DNA from: Candidatus Bathyarchaeia archaeon
GTDB taxonomy: Archaea; Thermoproteota; Bathyarchaeia; 40CM-2-53-6
Assembly: GCA_050013255.1 (NCBI GenBank)
Contig: JBEKFP010000001.1
Coordinates: forward strand, 608,001 to 672,000
Direction of reading: 5' to 3'
DNA length: 64,000 bases
Under the pieces are notes generated by a model, which had not been told where the DNA came from, ran no database searches, and saw only the letters and a program-made list of their open reading frames with translations. Shown here one piece after another: positions 50,792 to 60,995 of the stretch. The translations under genes were made by a program, and so were the position numbers. Position 1 is the first letter of the stretch, and each line of letters begins with the position of its first letter.

Positions 50792-51679
50792 ATGGACAAC
50801 GTCTCCCTAATCGGCCTTCCACTCTATAGCCTCTCGAAATACCGTGGCATGGCCAAGGCCGTAACGGCCCTCCGCTCAGCTGGAATTGCCGAAACGCTGA
50901 GGAAATCTACTAAGCACTTTACCGATATGGGCGACTGCCATCTATCCGAGATCACCGAGGATTCAGGCCCACCCAACCTCAGAAACTTTCCGCAGTTCCT
51001 ACACGATACGGAAGTTGTGCAAGAAATCGCGGGCAGGGTTGGCGGCAATGATTTCGTCTTCTGCCTCGGCGGGGAATGCACTCTCATTACTGGCACGTTA
51101 GCGGGGTTCAAGAATAGGTTCAAAGGGAAACCTGGAATGCTCTGGGTGGACGCCCACGGCGACTTCAACACACCCGAAACAACTAGCTCAGGGTTCCTCG
51201 GTGGGATGCCTCTCGCGTTCGCCTGCGGCCGCGGCCCCAAACTTACCCAGAGCGTGGAACACGCACGGCCGTTGCTTGAAGAGGAGAACGTTGTGCACTT
51301 GGCGAGCAGGTCCGTTGACCCTCTCGAATTCGAAGCCATGTCATCCTCACCAATGAAAGTCTACTCCGACTCAACCGCACACAAGGAAGGTGTACCGAAA
51401 GTAGCCGCGGAGGCAGCAGCTTACCTCGCGGATCACTCCGACTGGATAACCTGCCACCTAGACGTGGATTCAATCGACCCCACAATCATCCCCGCAGTAA
51501 ACTACCCCGAACCGGGCGGCCTAAGCCTCGAAGAAGTCAAAACGGTTGTAAGGGCACTGCGGGGAACTGGTAAATTGAAAGTCTTCAACCTCACAGCCTA
51601 CAACCCAACATTAGACCAAAACCAAGCCTCAGCCCAGAAGCTTCTAACACTGGTCGCGGAACTGATGAGCAATCCATAG
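50792..51679 (+). CDS. Arginase/ureohydrolase family
   Basis: GGEC (His to Cys variant), DAHGDFNTP, HLDVD, PGGL. Confidence 0.88.
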   Translation: MDNVSLIGLPLYSLSKYRGMAKAVTALRSAGIAETLRKSTKHFTDMGDCHLSEITEDSGPPNLRNFPQFLHDTEVVQEIAGRVGGNDFVFCLGGECTLITGTLAGFKNRFKGKPGMLWVDAHGDFNTPETTSSGFLGGMPLAFACGRGPKLTQSVEHARPLLEEENVVHLASRSVDPLEFEAMSSSPMKVYSDSTAHKEGVPKVAAEAAAYLADHSDWITCHLDVDSIDPTIIPAVNYPEPGGLSLEEVKTVVRALRGTGKLKVFNLTAYNPTLDQNQASAQKLLTLVAELMSNP

Positions 51680-51705
51680 AACAGGGCGAAAGTTAGGAAT
51701 CGTCT

Positions 51706-52260
51706 ATGTTCATTGGGCGAGTTGTATCCGTTAACGTTGGGTTAGCCAGGGATGTGGTTTGGAACGACCACAGCGTGAGTACTGGGATATTCAAAGAGCC
51801 GGTAGCGGGACGGGTGAGAGTTCGTACGTTAGGGTTGGAGGGCGACCGGCAGGCTGACCTCACGGTTCACGGGGGGCCCGAGAAAGCTGTGTACGCATAC
51901 CCATCAGAGCACTATGAGTTCTGGAAGAAAGAATTGGGCCGAACATCAATGATGTGGGGGATGTTTGGTGAGAACTTGACGACGCAAGGACTCCTCGAAG
52001 ACACAGCCCGCCTGGGGGATGAGTATCGTGTCGGTTCTGCGACTGTTGTGGTGACGCGCCCACGCTTCCCATGCTATAAACTCGGCATCAAATTCGGAAC
52101 GATGGAGATGGTAAAATGGTTTCAGGGAAGCGGCCGGAGCGGCTTCTACCTTTCCGTTAGGCAAGAAGGAGACGTAGGGGTAGGGGATAGGATTGAGCTA
52201 ATCTCCAGTAACAAATCGAAACCGAGAATCTCAGAGGTCTTCTTGGAGCGAGTGGAATAA
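51706..52260 (+). CDS. MOSC domain protein (YiiM-like)
   Basis: HGG..KAV, FGENL, PRFPCYKL, SGFY. Confidence 0.88.
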   Translation: MFIGRVVSVNVGLARDVVWNDHSVSTGIFKEPVAGRVRVRTLGLEGDRQADLTVHGGPEKAVYAYPSEHYEFWKKELGRTSMMWGMFGENLTTQGLLEDTARLGDEYRVGSATVVVTRPRFPCYKLGIKFGTMEMVKWFQGSGRSGFYLSVRQEGDVGVGDRIELISSNKSKPRISEVFLERVE

Positions 52261-52297
52261 GATAATGCGCGCGGCAAAGGATCGTAGCGACCCGCCG

Positions 52298-53062
52298 TCA
52301 AGCGTAACGGTTTAGGAATGGGATCGTGGCTAGCCCGGATTCGCCTGCGATTATTCTCTTGAAGTCTAGCTTTGGGCCGTTCACGATCTTCAGCCACGCG
52401 CGATACTGTCCCTTGTTGATTTCGACCATGTTGTATGAGTTGGAGAAAAAGCCGCGGAGGCGTTCGGATGATAGGCTGCCGGCGTGAATTATGGGGATGC
52501 GGTTTAGAGCCCATTTCCACGGCCTGTGCCTGTGGCCGCAGAGAACCAAGCCTATCCCAGACCGGTCCAAGGCGCGAAGAACATCCCCCGCGTCCAAGAT
52601 CGGAATCGTGTTCGGCCCCGTATCCGGGACGGGGACTAAGTGGTGGTGCATCATCACGAGCTTGAATCTTCTTCTCTCCCGCCGTAGAAGGTTTTCAAGC
52701 CAAACGATTTGCCTGTGCCCCGCTTCACCATCATTTCGTTCTGGTCGGGCTGTACCTAAGGTCGCGACCAAGAGATCCCTTGTTTTTAACACTGGTTTTG
52801 AAGGGAAGAATCGCCGAAATAGCAAGTATCCCGTGCTGCGGTAGTCGTGGTTGCCGCTCGTGTAAAGCCGACGTCTGCAAGTGAACTGCTTCATCAACTC
52901 AGCGGCGCCCTCGTACTGTGACAGTAAACCGTTCTCGGTGAGGTCGCCAGTCACCAAAAGAAGGTCGGGGTCGAGTTCATTGATCTCATCAACCGCACGG
53001 TGGAAGACGTCGTCCCGAAACTCGGGACCAACGTGTATGTCGGAAATTTGGATAATGAGCAA
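52298..53062 (-). CDS. Calcineurin-like metallophosphoesterase
   Basis: SDIH, TGDLT, GNHD, HH, GHRH. Confidence 0.9.
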   Translation of the reverse strand: MLIIQISDIHVGPEFRDDVFHRAVDEINELDPDLLLVTGDLTENGLLSQYEGAAELMKQFTCRRRLYTSGNHDYRSTGYLLFRRFFPSKPVLKTRDLLVATLGTARPERNDGEAGHRQIVWLENLLRRERRRFKLVMMHHHLVPVPDTGPNTIPILDAGDVLRALDRSGIGLVLCGHRHRPWKWALNRIPIIHAGSLSSERLRGFFSNSYNMVEINKGQYRAWLKIVNGPKLDFKRIIAGESGLATIPFLNRYA

Positions 53063-53160
53063 ATCAAGCCCACCTGCTTACCATGCGCCAGTTTAGTCCT
53101 CTTCCCGACTAGCTCTCTTAAGAGCATGTGTAGAAACATAGTTTTTGCCGGCGGTAAGAG

Positions 53161-53514
53161 ATGGCGCGAGAGTCGGACCAGGCCTTTGGGTTTCAGATTT
53201 GCCGGGAATGTGGATCCCGTATCAGGCAAGAATACAACTACTGCGAAAAATGCGGAACCCCGATAGACATGCCCCAAACGGGCGAATCGTGTGGCAACTG
53301 CGGCGCCACCCCCTACCCTGAAGATAGGTTCTGCACGAAATGCGGGTCGCCCCTACACAAACAGCCAACCAAAACGCCCTTGCCGAACGCCGCGAAAGCT
53401 GTACTAGCAATCGCTCTCCTGATTCCAGTCGCCGCGCTTGCCTACTACCAATTGTGGGGTTGGGTGTCGGTTGGCGTTGGATTGTGGGTTCTAGGCTTAC
53501 TAACCATCACATGA
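53161..53514 (+). CDS. Double zinc-ribbon membrane protein
   Basis: Four CxxCG plus C-terminal TMs. Confidence 0.72.
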   Translation: MARESDQAFGFQICRECGSRIRQEYNYCEKCGTPIDMPQTGESCGNCGATPYPEDRFCTKCGSPLHKQPTKTPLPNAAKAVLAIALLIPVAALAYYQLWGWVSVGVGLWVLGLLTIT

Positions 53515-53614
53515 CCAGGCAGCCTTGCTGCGCGAGTTTACTGTGCGGGTTGGGCGATAGCTCGGAGCATTTAAGAAGATGGCCCAGCCGACCTAGCCGA
53601 GTCGAGGCCACAGT

Positions 53615-53896
53615 TTGATTACCGCTTTCGTTATGATGAACGCTGAACGGGACCGCATAGCAGTAGTCCCCGACGAACTTCTAAAAATCAGTGGAGTCAC
53701 AGAGGTTTACTCCGTTGCGGGCGACTATGACCTCGTAGCCATAGTTCGCGTCAAGGAAGCTGAAGACTTAGCTAAGGTGGTAACCGAAGGGTTCGTGAAA
53801 GTCCGCGGCATAACACGGACGATGACGCTCATAGCCTTCCGCTGCTACAGCAACTACGACCTAGACCACATGTTCCAGATAGGATTCAAAGGCTAA
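53615..53896 (+). CDS. Stand-alone Lrp/AsnC ligand-binding domain
   Basis: EVYSVAGDYDLVA, GITRT.TLI. Confidence 0.85.
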   Translation: MITAFVMMNAERDRIAVVPDELLKISGVTEVYSVAGDYDLVAIVRVKEAEDLAKVVTEGFVKVRGITRTMTLIAFRCYSNYDLDHMFQIGFKG

Positions 53897-54864
53897 CCGT
53901 ACTTCGCTAGGACTGAGGCCAGAGTTTTCAGTGAAACGTTCCCCCCACTCACAACCAAAACAACGTTCTCCCCGGCCTTAGGATGGACTTTCTCGAGTAG
54001 TGCCGCTATAACCGCGGCCGCTGAAGGTTCAATTGCCAAGTGACAATCATTCAGCGCGGTGAAAACTGCTTTCTCTATCTGTTCTTCGCTTACTAAGATT
54101 ATGTCGTCGACGTATCGTTTGACTATTTCGTAAGTTAGCGAACCGGGCTCGCGTGTGGCAAGCCCGTCGGCGATCGAAGTTGTGTCGGAGAGGCGTGTGA
54201 TTTTGCCGCTTCTAATGGATTGATACATGGAGGATGCCTTCTCCGGTTCAACGCCCAGCACCTTCACACTCGGTTTGAGGCTTTTGACTGCAGTGGCAAT
54301 TCCTGAGATGAGGCCACCCCCACCGATGGGTACGATCACCATGTTGACGTCGGGTAAGTCTTCGCAAATTTCCAGGCCGGCCGTTCCTTGCCCAGCGATA
54401 ATGTCTGGGTCGTCGAAGGGCGGAATTAGGATGGCTCCGGTGGCCTTCTGAATTTCCAACGCCTTCTCGAAGCGTTCATCGTGGAAGAGCCCGTGCTTGA
54501 CGACCGTAGCCCCGTATTCCTCGATCGCCTTAACCTTCTCCACCACCGCGTTCGTTGGAACCACAATGGTCGCGTGGGTGCCGGTCAATTTCGCGAGGTA
54601 TGATACGGCTAAGCCGTGGTTGCCTGAGGATGCGGCGATTAAGCCGCGTTTGAGCTCCTCGGGGTTGAGTTTGAGGATTTTGTTGGCTGCGCCGCGGATT
54701 TTGAAGACTCGGATGGGTTGGTAGGATTCGAGTTTCAGGTAAACGTTCGCGTTTGTCAGCGCGCTCAGCCGGGGCGAGAGGTATAGTGGCGTGCGGTATG
54801 CGACGTTTACGATGCGGGCTTTTGCTTCTTGAATTTCTTTGAGAGTAACTGGTGGGTTGTTCAT
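53893..54864 (-). CDS. Threonine/serine dehydratase, short form
   Basis: FKIRGA, SSGNH, GGGGL, SGGN. Confidence 0.9.
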   Translation of the reverse strand: MNNPPVTLKEIQEAKARIVNVAYRTPLYLSPRLSALTNANVYLKLESYQPIRVFKIRGAANKILKLNPEELKRGLIAASSGNHGLAVSYLAKLTGTHATIVVPTNAVVEKVKAIEEYGATVVKHGLFHDERFEKALEIQKATGAILIPPFDDPDIIAGQGTAGLEICEDLPDVNMVIVPIGGGGLISGIATAVKSLKPSVKVLGVEPEKASSMYQSIRSGKITRLSDTTSIADGLATREPGSLTYEIVKRYVDDIILVSEEQIEKAVFTALNDCHLAIEPSAAAVIAALLEKVHPKAGENVVLVVSGGNVSLKTLASVLAKYG

Positions 54865-55310
54865 GGCCCCGCGGACCTTGTGCTGCTCGTGGACGCGGCG
54901 ACCGAGAGTTTCCCCTTACCTAAGTAGCTTTGAACGCGGGGCTGCATAAGGTAATACATTATCACCAAGTTCAGAACCAGCGCTATAGCCTCGCCCACAC
55001 GAGGCCTCATGAATAGTGTAAAGGCTGAAAAAACAAGGCCAATCACAGCGAAGATCAGGGATCCAATCCACGCCCAACCCTTCCCCTTCCACAACCCATA
55101 AGCAAGAATGAACTCAACGAAAGCGAAAACAAACAACGCCAACCCGGAACCCATTGACCTTGGTGCAAAGAACCTCACATGCGGAAACATTTCCGGGAGA
55201 ACGAAACTAACGAAGGCCACGGCAACTGCACCTAGGAGTTCAAGAATTCCTAGGATAATTTGCAGAACGGCTAAGAGTGTGATGCCAAATGGGCGGGTTG
55301 TGTGTGGCAA
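54861..55310 (-). CDS. Four-TM membrane protein
   Basis: RPFGITLLA, GLWKGK.WAW, YYL.QP.V. Confidence 0.72.
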   Translation of the reverse strand: MPHTTRPFGITLLAVLQIILGILELLGAVAVAFVSFVLPEMFPHVRFFAPRSMGSGLALFVFAFVEFILAYGLWKGKGWAWIGSLIFAVIGLVFSAFTLFMRPRVGEAIALVLNLVIMYYLMQPRVQSYLGKGKLSVAASTSSTRSAGP

Positions 55311-55321
55311 TGCGAACTAGC

Positions 55322-55453
55322 CTATTTGCCTGTTTTGCCTTGCAGGGACAAAAGCTGCCTTATCTGTTCAGCAAGCTTCTTCCGTTCAGCTTCGTCCTTC
55401 GAAGACATCCACTGCAACTTCAGGTAGAAGACATCTTTGTCCTTTGAAGGCAT
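55322..55453 (-). CDS. 43-aa helical microprotein (absent from the ORF track)
   Basis: MPSKDKDVFYLKLQWMSSKDEAERKKLAEQIRQLLSLQGKTGK; fills the gap 11 bp before the next gene. Confidence 0.45.
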   Translation of the reverse strand: MPSKDKDVFYLKLQWMSSKDEAERKKLAEQIRQLLSLQGKTGK

Positions 55454-55626
55454 TAGCGTCGCCTGAAACTAGATGCATTTTGAGTGGCGCAACAGTTCGA
55501 GAATGCGAAATATAACCTTAGACCGACGGCGCCACGCTTGCCTTCAAACAGAAACGCTTGAACAATTTCCGGTACGTCCCGTAACTGAGCGGCTTTATTC
55601 CGGCCTCGACGTGTTGGAATCCCGTG

Positions 55627-55914
55627 CTAACCTTTCACTGTGGCGGCGAATTCGTTCAACGTCATTGCTGGAAGCGTAGTAATCTCTACGGTTCCCCTTG
55701 AGCCAAGTTCCACTGAAACCTTGACCACCGTTTTGTTGTCTGGTGCGTCAACGATGTTAACGAAATCGTAGGCACCGAGCGTAGCGTATTGTGAGAGAAC
55801 TTTTGCTCCGAATTTTTCGATTTCTTTGTTGACTTCTTGGATGCGCCCTGGGTTCTCGCGTACTGTCTTCCGGCCTTCGGCTGTCAACTTCGAGAGCAGA
55901 ATGTAAACTGCCAA
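55627..55914 (-). CDS. GYD domain protein
   Basis: LT.EG, LGAYDFV, T.TLPA. Confidence 0.85.
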   Translation of the reverse strand: MAVYILLSKLTAEGRKTVRENPGRIQEVNKEIEKFGAKVLSQYATLGAYDFVNIVDAPDNKTVVKVSVELGSRGTVEITTLPAMTLNEFAATVKG

Positions 55915-55978
55915 GCTGTCTCCCTGCCTACAAGCTGGGCTCAACGCATTTGGAACTTTCTGTCCCCGACTCAAGTCT

Positions 55979-56422
55979 CTACTTCAAGGTTCTCCGCATT
56001 GCAACCGCAGACGCACACATCTCTCCAAACTCAACCGAGGCCTTAACACCCTCGTCAACGTCTTTTCGGTCAACGACTTCGAAACCGAAGCCGCCAAAAT
56101 AAGACTCAGCGTTATCGGTTAGCAAGTAGACCGTTTCGACGCCTTTCGACTTGGCATTCCTGAGCACCGCGTTTACTAAGGCTCGGCCCTGGCCCATGCC
56201 CCTAAACCGCCCATCAACTGCAACGGACCTCAATAGCCCGCCCTTACCGTAAACCTCAAGCCCAGCAATGCCAACCCAAGAACCGTTCTTGTCTTGAGCG
56301 ATGACGAAATTCTCAACACATTTGTCGACCCCAGATGTCGGCAACCCGTTCTCCTCAAGGAAACGGGAAATTTCTGCCAGGTCGCCCTTCATGGCATGCC
56401 TAATGCGGACGTCGGCCAACAT
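55979..56422 (-). CDS. GNAT acetyltransferase (ArsN2-like)
   Basis: GLLRSVAV...RGMGQG, YLLT..A..YF, S.EF..C.SA..M. Confidence 0.8.
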   Translation of the reverse strand: MLADVRIRHAMKGDLAEISRFLEENGLPTSGVDKCVENFVIAQDKNGSWVGIAGLEVYGKGGLLRSVAVDGRFRGMGQGRALVNAVLRNAKSKGVETVYLLTDNAESYFGGFGFEVVDRKDVDEGVKASVEFGEMCASAVAMRRTLK

Positions 56423-56492
56423 GGCTAAGTCAGGCGTTTGTTCTCTTCACTGGAATGAAAATCATTCGAAGGGACAACGCAAGGCGTTCAAT

Positions 56493-57038
56493 GTGCCACA
56501 CAAGAATCTTCCCCGTCCAGTGATCATAGTGTACCGGCGGCTTCCCAACGGTATACGGCAGTTGCCAGGGGTTCTCCGGCAAGTTTCTGCCGCAAGGTTG
56601 GTGATTGAAAGCCCGATAGTAGTTGAACGGCCGCAGCGAGTATTGGGCCGCGTCATAGCAGATTCAGGGTTCTTGGCGATCTGGTTCCTTTACAGGAATA
56701 CGTGGTATGATGTGGGCAAATTCTACGACCGGCAGCGCAACCTAGTTGGATACTACTGCGACATCATCAAACCACTAAACAAACTTCTACGAACGCCGGA
56801 GAAGACTAGCAGGATCACCGACCTCTTCCTCGACCTCTGGATAACGCCGGAAGAGGACTACGTTGTCCTCGATGAAGACGAATTCGAAGAGGCCTTAGAG
56901 CATGGACACCTGCCCAAGAACATCGCAGACCAAGCAAGGAAGCAAATGGATTCGCTAATTCAAAAGGTCAAAGCGAGACGTTTTCCCCTACTCTCTACTC
57001 AAAAAGTGGAACCGTCCACGGAACGGACTTCAAAATGA
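56493..57038 (+). CDS. DUF402 family protein
   Basis: GYYCDI, DLFLDLW, LDEDEF. Confidence 0.8.
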   Translation: MPHKNLPRPVIIVYRRLPNGIRQLPGVLRQVSAARLVIESPIVVERPQRVLGRVIADSGFLAIWFLYRNTWYDVGKFYDRQRNLVGYYCDIIKPLNKLLRTPEKTSRITDLFLDLWITPEEDYVVLDEDEFEEALEHGHLPKNIADQARKQMDSLIQKVKARRFPLLSTQKVEPSTERTSK

Positions 57039-57106
57039 CCCCAAGACCAAGACAGTTATCAGATCCAAGGGAAGCATAGCTCTCCCTGAATGAAGAAGAT
57101 CGATTT

Positions 57107-59068
57107 ATGCCCCAACAAATAGTTGCGCCTTATGGCTCTTGGAAATCACCCATCACACCAGACCTGATAGTTGCAGAAACTATCTCGCTTGGAATCCCGC
57201 CAATCATACTTGACAGGGATGATGTATACTGGACAGAGTCTCGGCCAGCCGATGCTGGAAGATACGTCATCGTCAGACATTCTGCGAAGGGGAAAACCAC
57301 TGACATCACACCGAAAACATTCAACGCACGCACCACAGTCCACGAATATGGCGGCGGTTCTTACACCGTCGCAAATGGTGTGGTCTACTTTACGAATTTC
57401 GAGGATCAACGCGTGTACAAACAAGAACCTAACACCAATCCTACACCAATTACACCCGAGGTTCATTATCGATACGCGGATTTTGCCTTTGACCGGCATC
57501 GCGGATTGTTAGTTTGTGTGCGCGAAGATCACACTGCTGCTGGCCAGGCTGTCAACACGTTGGTGAGCCTCGACCCCGCTCGACATGATGGCGGGCGAGT
57601 GCTGATCTCAGGCAACGACTTCTATTCGTCACCTCGCATCAGCCCGGATCGGACGCGGCTCGCTTGGCTCACGTGGAACCATCCGAACATGCCTTGGGAC
57701 GCAACGGAACTTTGGGTAGGTGAACTCAAGGATAACGGAACTTTGGGCAATACAGAACGAGTGGCAGGCGGTGTCAGTGAATCTATCTTCCAGCCAGAAT
57801 GGTCACCAGCCGGCGTCCTTCACTTTGTTTCGGACCGAACTGGATGGTGGAACATATACCGCTGGCGCGAGGACCCTCCGCCCTCACGAATTGAGCAACT
57901 CTGCGAGATGGCTGCCGAGTTTGGAGTTCCTCAATGGGTCTTTGGAAGGTCCACCTACGGATTCGAATCAGCGGACCGCATTATTTGCACGTACATCAAG
58001 CAAGCGACTTCCCACCTAGCCAGTCTGAACGCTGTCACTGGAAAACTGGATACGATTGAAACGCCCTATTGGGGAATACGAAATCTTCTGGTTTCACCTG
58101 GGCGTGCGACATTTGTGGCTGACTCGCCCACCGAACCAACAGCAATAGTTCAGTTAGATCTTGACGGAGGTAGGCTGGAGGTCTTGCGCCGGTCAAGCGA
58201 TATTTCCATTGATCCAGGTTACCTTTCGGCTCCACAGGAGGTCGAATTCCCAACTGAGAATGGACTAACGGCATTTGGACTCTTCTACCCGCCTAAGAAT
58301 CGCGACTACACCGCGCCAGACACCAAGCCCCCCCTGCTCGTCGAAAGCCACGGGGGACCAACGAGTGCCGTTTGGACTGGTCTGGACTTAGAGGGGATCC
58401 AATATTGGACCAGTCGAGGATTTGCGGTACTTGACGTGAATTATGGTGGCAGTACCGGTTATGGTCGAGCATATCGGGAGCGGTTGAAGGGCAAGTGGGG
58501 AGTTGTGGACGTCGACGACTGCGTGAACGGAGCACTCTATCTCGTACGGCAGGGCGAAGCAGATGGGAATCGGCTCATCATTCGTGGAGGAAGCGCCGGC
58601 GGTTACACCACGCTTGCCGCGCTCACGTTCCGGAGTGTCTTCAAAGCCGGCGCCAGCTACTTTGGTGTCAGCGACTTGGAAGCATTGGAAAAGGATACTC
58701 ACAAATTCGAATCGCGTTACAGCGACAGCCTCGTTGGCCCATATCCGGAAAGGCGCGACCTCTACATGGAACGTTCGCCCATTCATTTCACTGATCGAAT
58801 ATCATGTCCAATCATATTCTTTCAAGGACTTGAGGACAAGGTTGTTCCCCCAGCGCAGTCTGTGAAGATGTTCGAGGCCCTCCGCTCGAAAGGCCTGCCG
58901 ACCGCATACGTTCCATTCGAAGGGGAACAGCATGGCTTCCGTAAAGGCGAAACTATCAAACGCGCGCTTGAGGCTGAACTCTACTTCTACTCAAAGGTAT
59001 TGGGTTTCGAGCTAGCAGAACGAGTGGAACCAGTGCACATTGAAAACTTACCAGCACACACCACATAA
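57107..59068 (+). CDS. S9 family peptidase (acylaminoacyl-peptidase-like)
   Basis: HGGPT, GGSAGG, D.VV, EQHGF. Confidence 0.93.
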   Translation: MPQQIVAPYGSWKSPITPDLIVAETISLGIPPIILDRDDVYWTESRPADAGRYVIVRHSAKGKTTDITPKTFNARTTVHEYGGGSYTVANGVVYFTNFEDQRVYKQEPNTNPTPITPEVHYRYADFAFDRHRGLLVCVREDHTAAGQAVNTLVSLDPARHDGGRVLISGNDFYSSPRISPDRTRLAWLTWNHPNMPWDATELWVGELKDNGTLGNTERVAGGVSESIFQPEWSPAGVLHFVSDRTGWWNIYRWREDPPPSRIEQLCEMAAEFGVPQWVFGRSTYGFESADRIICTYIKQATSHLASLNAVTGKLDTIETPYWGIRNLLVSPGRATFVADSPTEPTAIVQLDLDGGRLEVLRRSSDISIDPGYLSAPQEVEFPTENGLTAFGLFYPPKNRDYTAPDTKPPLLVESHGGPTSAVWTGLDLEGIQYWTSRGFAVLDVNYGGSTGYGRAYRERLKGKWGVVDVDDCVNGALYLVRQGEADGNRLIIRGGSAGGYTTLAALTFRSVFKAGASYFGVSDLEALEKDTHKFESRYSDSLVGPYPERRDLYMERSPIHFTDRISCPIIFFQGLEDKVVPPAQSVKMFEALRSKGLPTAYVPFEGEQHGFRKGETIKRALEAELYFYSKVLGFELAERVEPVHIENLPAHTT

Positions 59069-59134
59069 GTTGAAGGCGAGCAATACTGGGAAAACTATTA
59101 CGTGCGGAAGGGCAATGCCTGCGGGTGAAGAGGA

Positions 59135-59542
59135 ATGATAGATTTCACCACGAAGCTCGGTGTCAGTGCAGCTAAACGTCTCCAGACCGAACATCTCATT
59201 TGGCTAACAACCACATCATCAAATGGAACGCCTCAACCCAACCCCGTCTGGTTCTACTGGGACGGAGAAAGTATTCTGATATACAGCCAACCTGCCTCTT
59301 TCAAGTTAGGGAACATTCGCCGTAACCCAAAGGTGTCATTAAACTTCAACGCGGACGAAGAAGGAGGCAACATCATCGTCCTAACAGGCGTTGCGTCCAT
59401 AGACGAGAACCCCAAGCATGATTCAAGATTCATAGAGAAGTACCGTGAAGCAATCCCCAAAATCGAACATACAGCGGAGAGCCTTGCTGCCGCCTACAGC
59501 GTTCAGATCCGAATCATACCAAGCAACCTACGCGGCTTCTGA
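59135..59542 (+). CDS. PPOX-class F420-dependent oxidoreductase
   Basis: WLTT...GTPQP.PVWF, K..NI..NPKV. Confidence 0.85.
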   Translation: MIDFTTKLGVSAAKRLQTEHLIWLTTTSSNGTPQPNPVWFYWDGESILIYSQPASFKLGNIRRNPKVSLNFNADEEGGNIIVLTGVASIDENPKHDSRFIEKYREAIPKIEHTAESLAAAYSVQIRIIPSNLRGF

Positions 59543-59615
59543 GCCGACCTCCTTCCATTGATTGATTCCTTCGCAGATCCGGAATACGAACCTGCCCACG
59601 ATCTTGACTGCCCTT

Positions 59616-60545
59616 TCACGCATTGAACGTTTTAGTTTCCGTTGACGCTATCGCCGCCAAACTGTCGCTCTTCCACGCCCATGCCACATCGCTAAAGAAA
59701 AAATCTGGAGCACTGAAGATCGAGTTCAGAGATTTGCCGTTCCAGAAGAAGACCATTCCCTTAGCCATTCCAACCTGCGCGGTTGCCGTCACAATTGCCG
59801 CGATGTCGGCCGAGGGCTTCCAAGCGACGGCGACTGGGTAGACGTGCTTATTCTCGAACGGGACGGGTGAAACGGTCGTCCCGTTGAAATCGCCAATAAA
59901 CCCAGTATGCCAAACAACATCATACCCCACAACCAACGCCGACTCTCCAGTCCGCATCCAATCTACGCCGATAAGGTCCAGGCGTCCCTCGTTCAATGGT
60001 CTTACGATGCCCGTTTCAGCCTCGTAACTGAAGAGGTTAGGTGATGGGATGAATTCCTCGGCAAAGCAGTTGGATGAAATTAATGCGCTGCCGGATTTTG
60101 GCCGCCACGAAATATCCCGCAGATTCGCCCTTCCCGCGTCCACCATCACAACCTGTCCGTTTGTGAACTTGAACAAGGTCCCGTTATTACCGGCAAGAAG
60201 GGCCACGGAGCCATCATGGTTCCACGCCACCGTGCGGAGGTTTTCGAAGGTGGGCACCGTTATCTTCGTAAACCGTTCTCCGTCGAGAAGCAAAACTGTC
60301 CCAGCGTTACCAACAATTAACGCCGTTCCATCCGTGGGATTCACGGATACAGCCCTGAGGTTATGCCGCGTCCCAGAATCAATAGAAATAGGCCTGTCGC
60401 CCTGAACCTTTAGAACTCGGCCACCGTTGCCCACAATGATCGGAAACCGGTCCTGTCGGTCCCAAGCGAGCCCTCGAAGATGGCCCTGCAGGTTTACGGT
60501 ATGCAGGTCTTTCCCGTCGTAATAGAGCAGCTTCGAGGCCAACAA
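59616..60545 (-). CDS. Beta-propeller repeat protein
   Basis: Repeated NLR.V.W...ALI.GN.G blades. Confidence 0.75.
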   Translation of the reverse strand: MLASKLLYYDGKDLHTVNLQGHLRGLAWDRQDRFPIIVGNGGRVLKVQGDRPISIDSGTRHNLRAVSVNPTDGTALIVGNAGTVLLLDGERFTKITVPTFENLRTVAWNHDGSVALLAGNNGTLFKFTNGQVVMVDAGRANLRDISWRPKSGSALISSNCFAEEFIPSPNLFSYEAETGIVRPLNEGRLDLIGVDWMRTGESALVVGYDVVWHTGFIGDFNGTTVSPVPFENKHVYPVAVAWKPSADIAAIVTATAQVGMAKGMVFFWNGKSLNSIFSAPDFFFSDVAWAWKSDSLAAIASTETKTFNA

Positions 60546-60603
60546 ATCACAACCAAGGTGCGCTGCTTCTCTCGCTCAGCCCAAGAGTAGATTTGAAAGC
60601 AAT

Positions 60604-60959
60604 AGTTCTGTTAACTTGCCGGCCCATTGGTTTCACCAATCTCTCATCCCTAAAGGTTAGAGGTGCCGGTAAGGAGCCTTGTCATCAGTTGATGAAGACT
60701 GCTCATTAGGTGATATGTGGGTTCTAAACCCGAAAGCTGAGCGGTCCGATGTTGGGTAAAGGTTGCTCCGACCAAGCGTAAAACCCTGACTTGCGAAGGG
60801 TCTAGCTGGCTTCGTGAATGCGAAGCGAGAGCCGTGAGGTTCGCGGCCGTCGCGTCTGCAACTGAAGCGATGGTACAGGAACCGCTGACTGAGCGCAATC
60901 CTGAAAGTCGATGCAGATGAGTTGACTCGGAAGCCAAGAGCCGAAGAGTTAACAGAACC
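60604..60959. mobile_element. 356-bp non-autonomous MITE-like element with IS6-like ends and 8-bp TSD AAAGCAAT
   Basis: GTTCTGTTAACT (60605-60616) / AGTTAACAGAAC (60947-60958) perfect IR, extending imperfectly to about 30 bp; DR at 60596-60603 and 60960-60967. Confidence 0.8.
60615..60945 (+). ncRNA. Candidate large structured RNA inside the MITE
   Basis: More than ten helices found by eye, G-U wobbles that favour the + strand, a GUGA tetraloop, loop-loop complementarity. Confidence 0.55.
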
Positions 60960-60995
60960 AAAGCAATATTAAGAATGGGACAAGTGCCCCGCAAC

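Noticed and set aside
60655-60945. Lysine or cobalamin riboswitch, hammerhead, SRP, or group II intron domain V
   Set aside because: Only short partial matches (AGAGGTGC, GCAACTG, TGATGA, GAGCCG); the remaining conserved cores are missing
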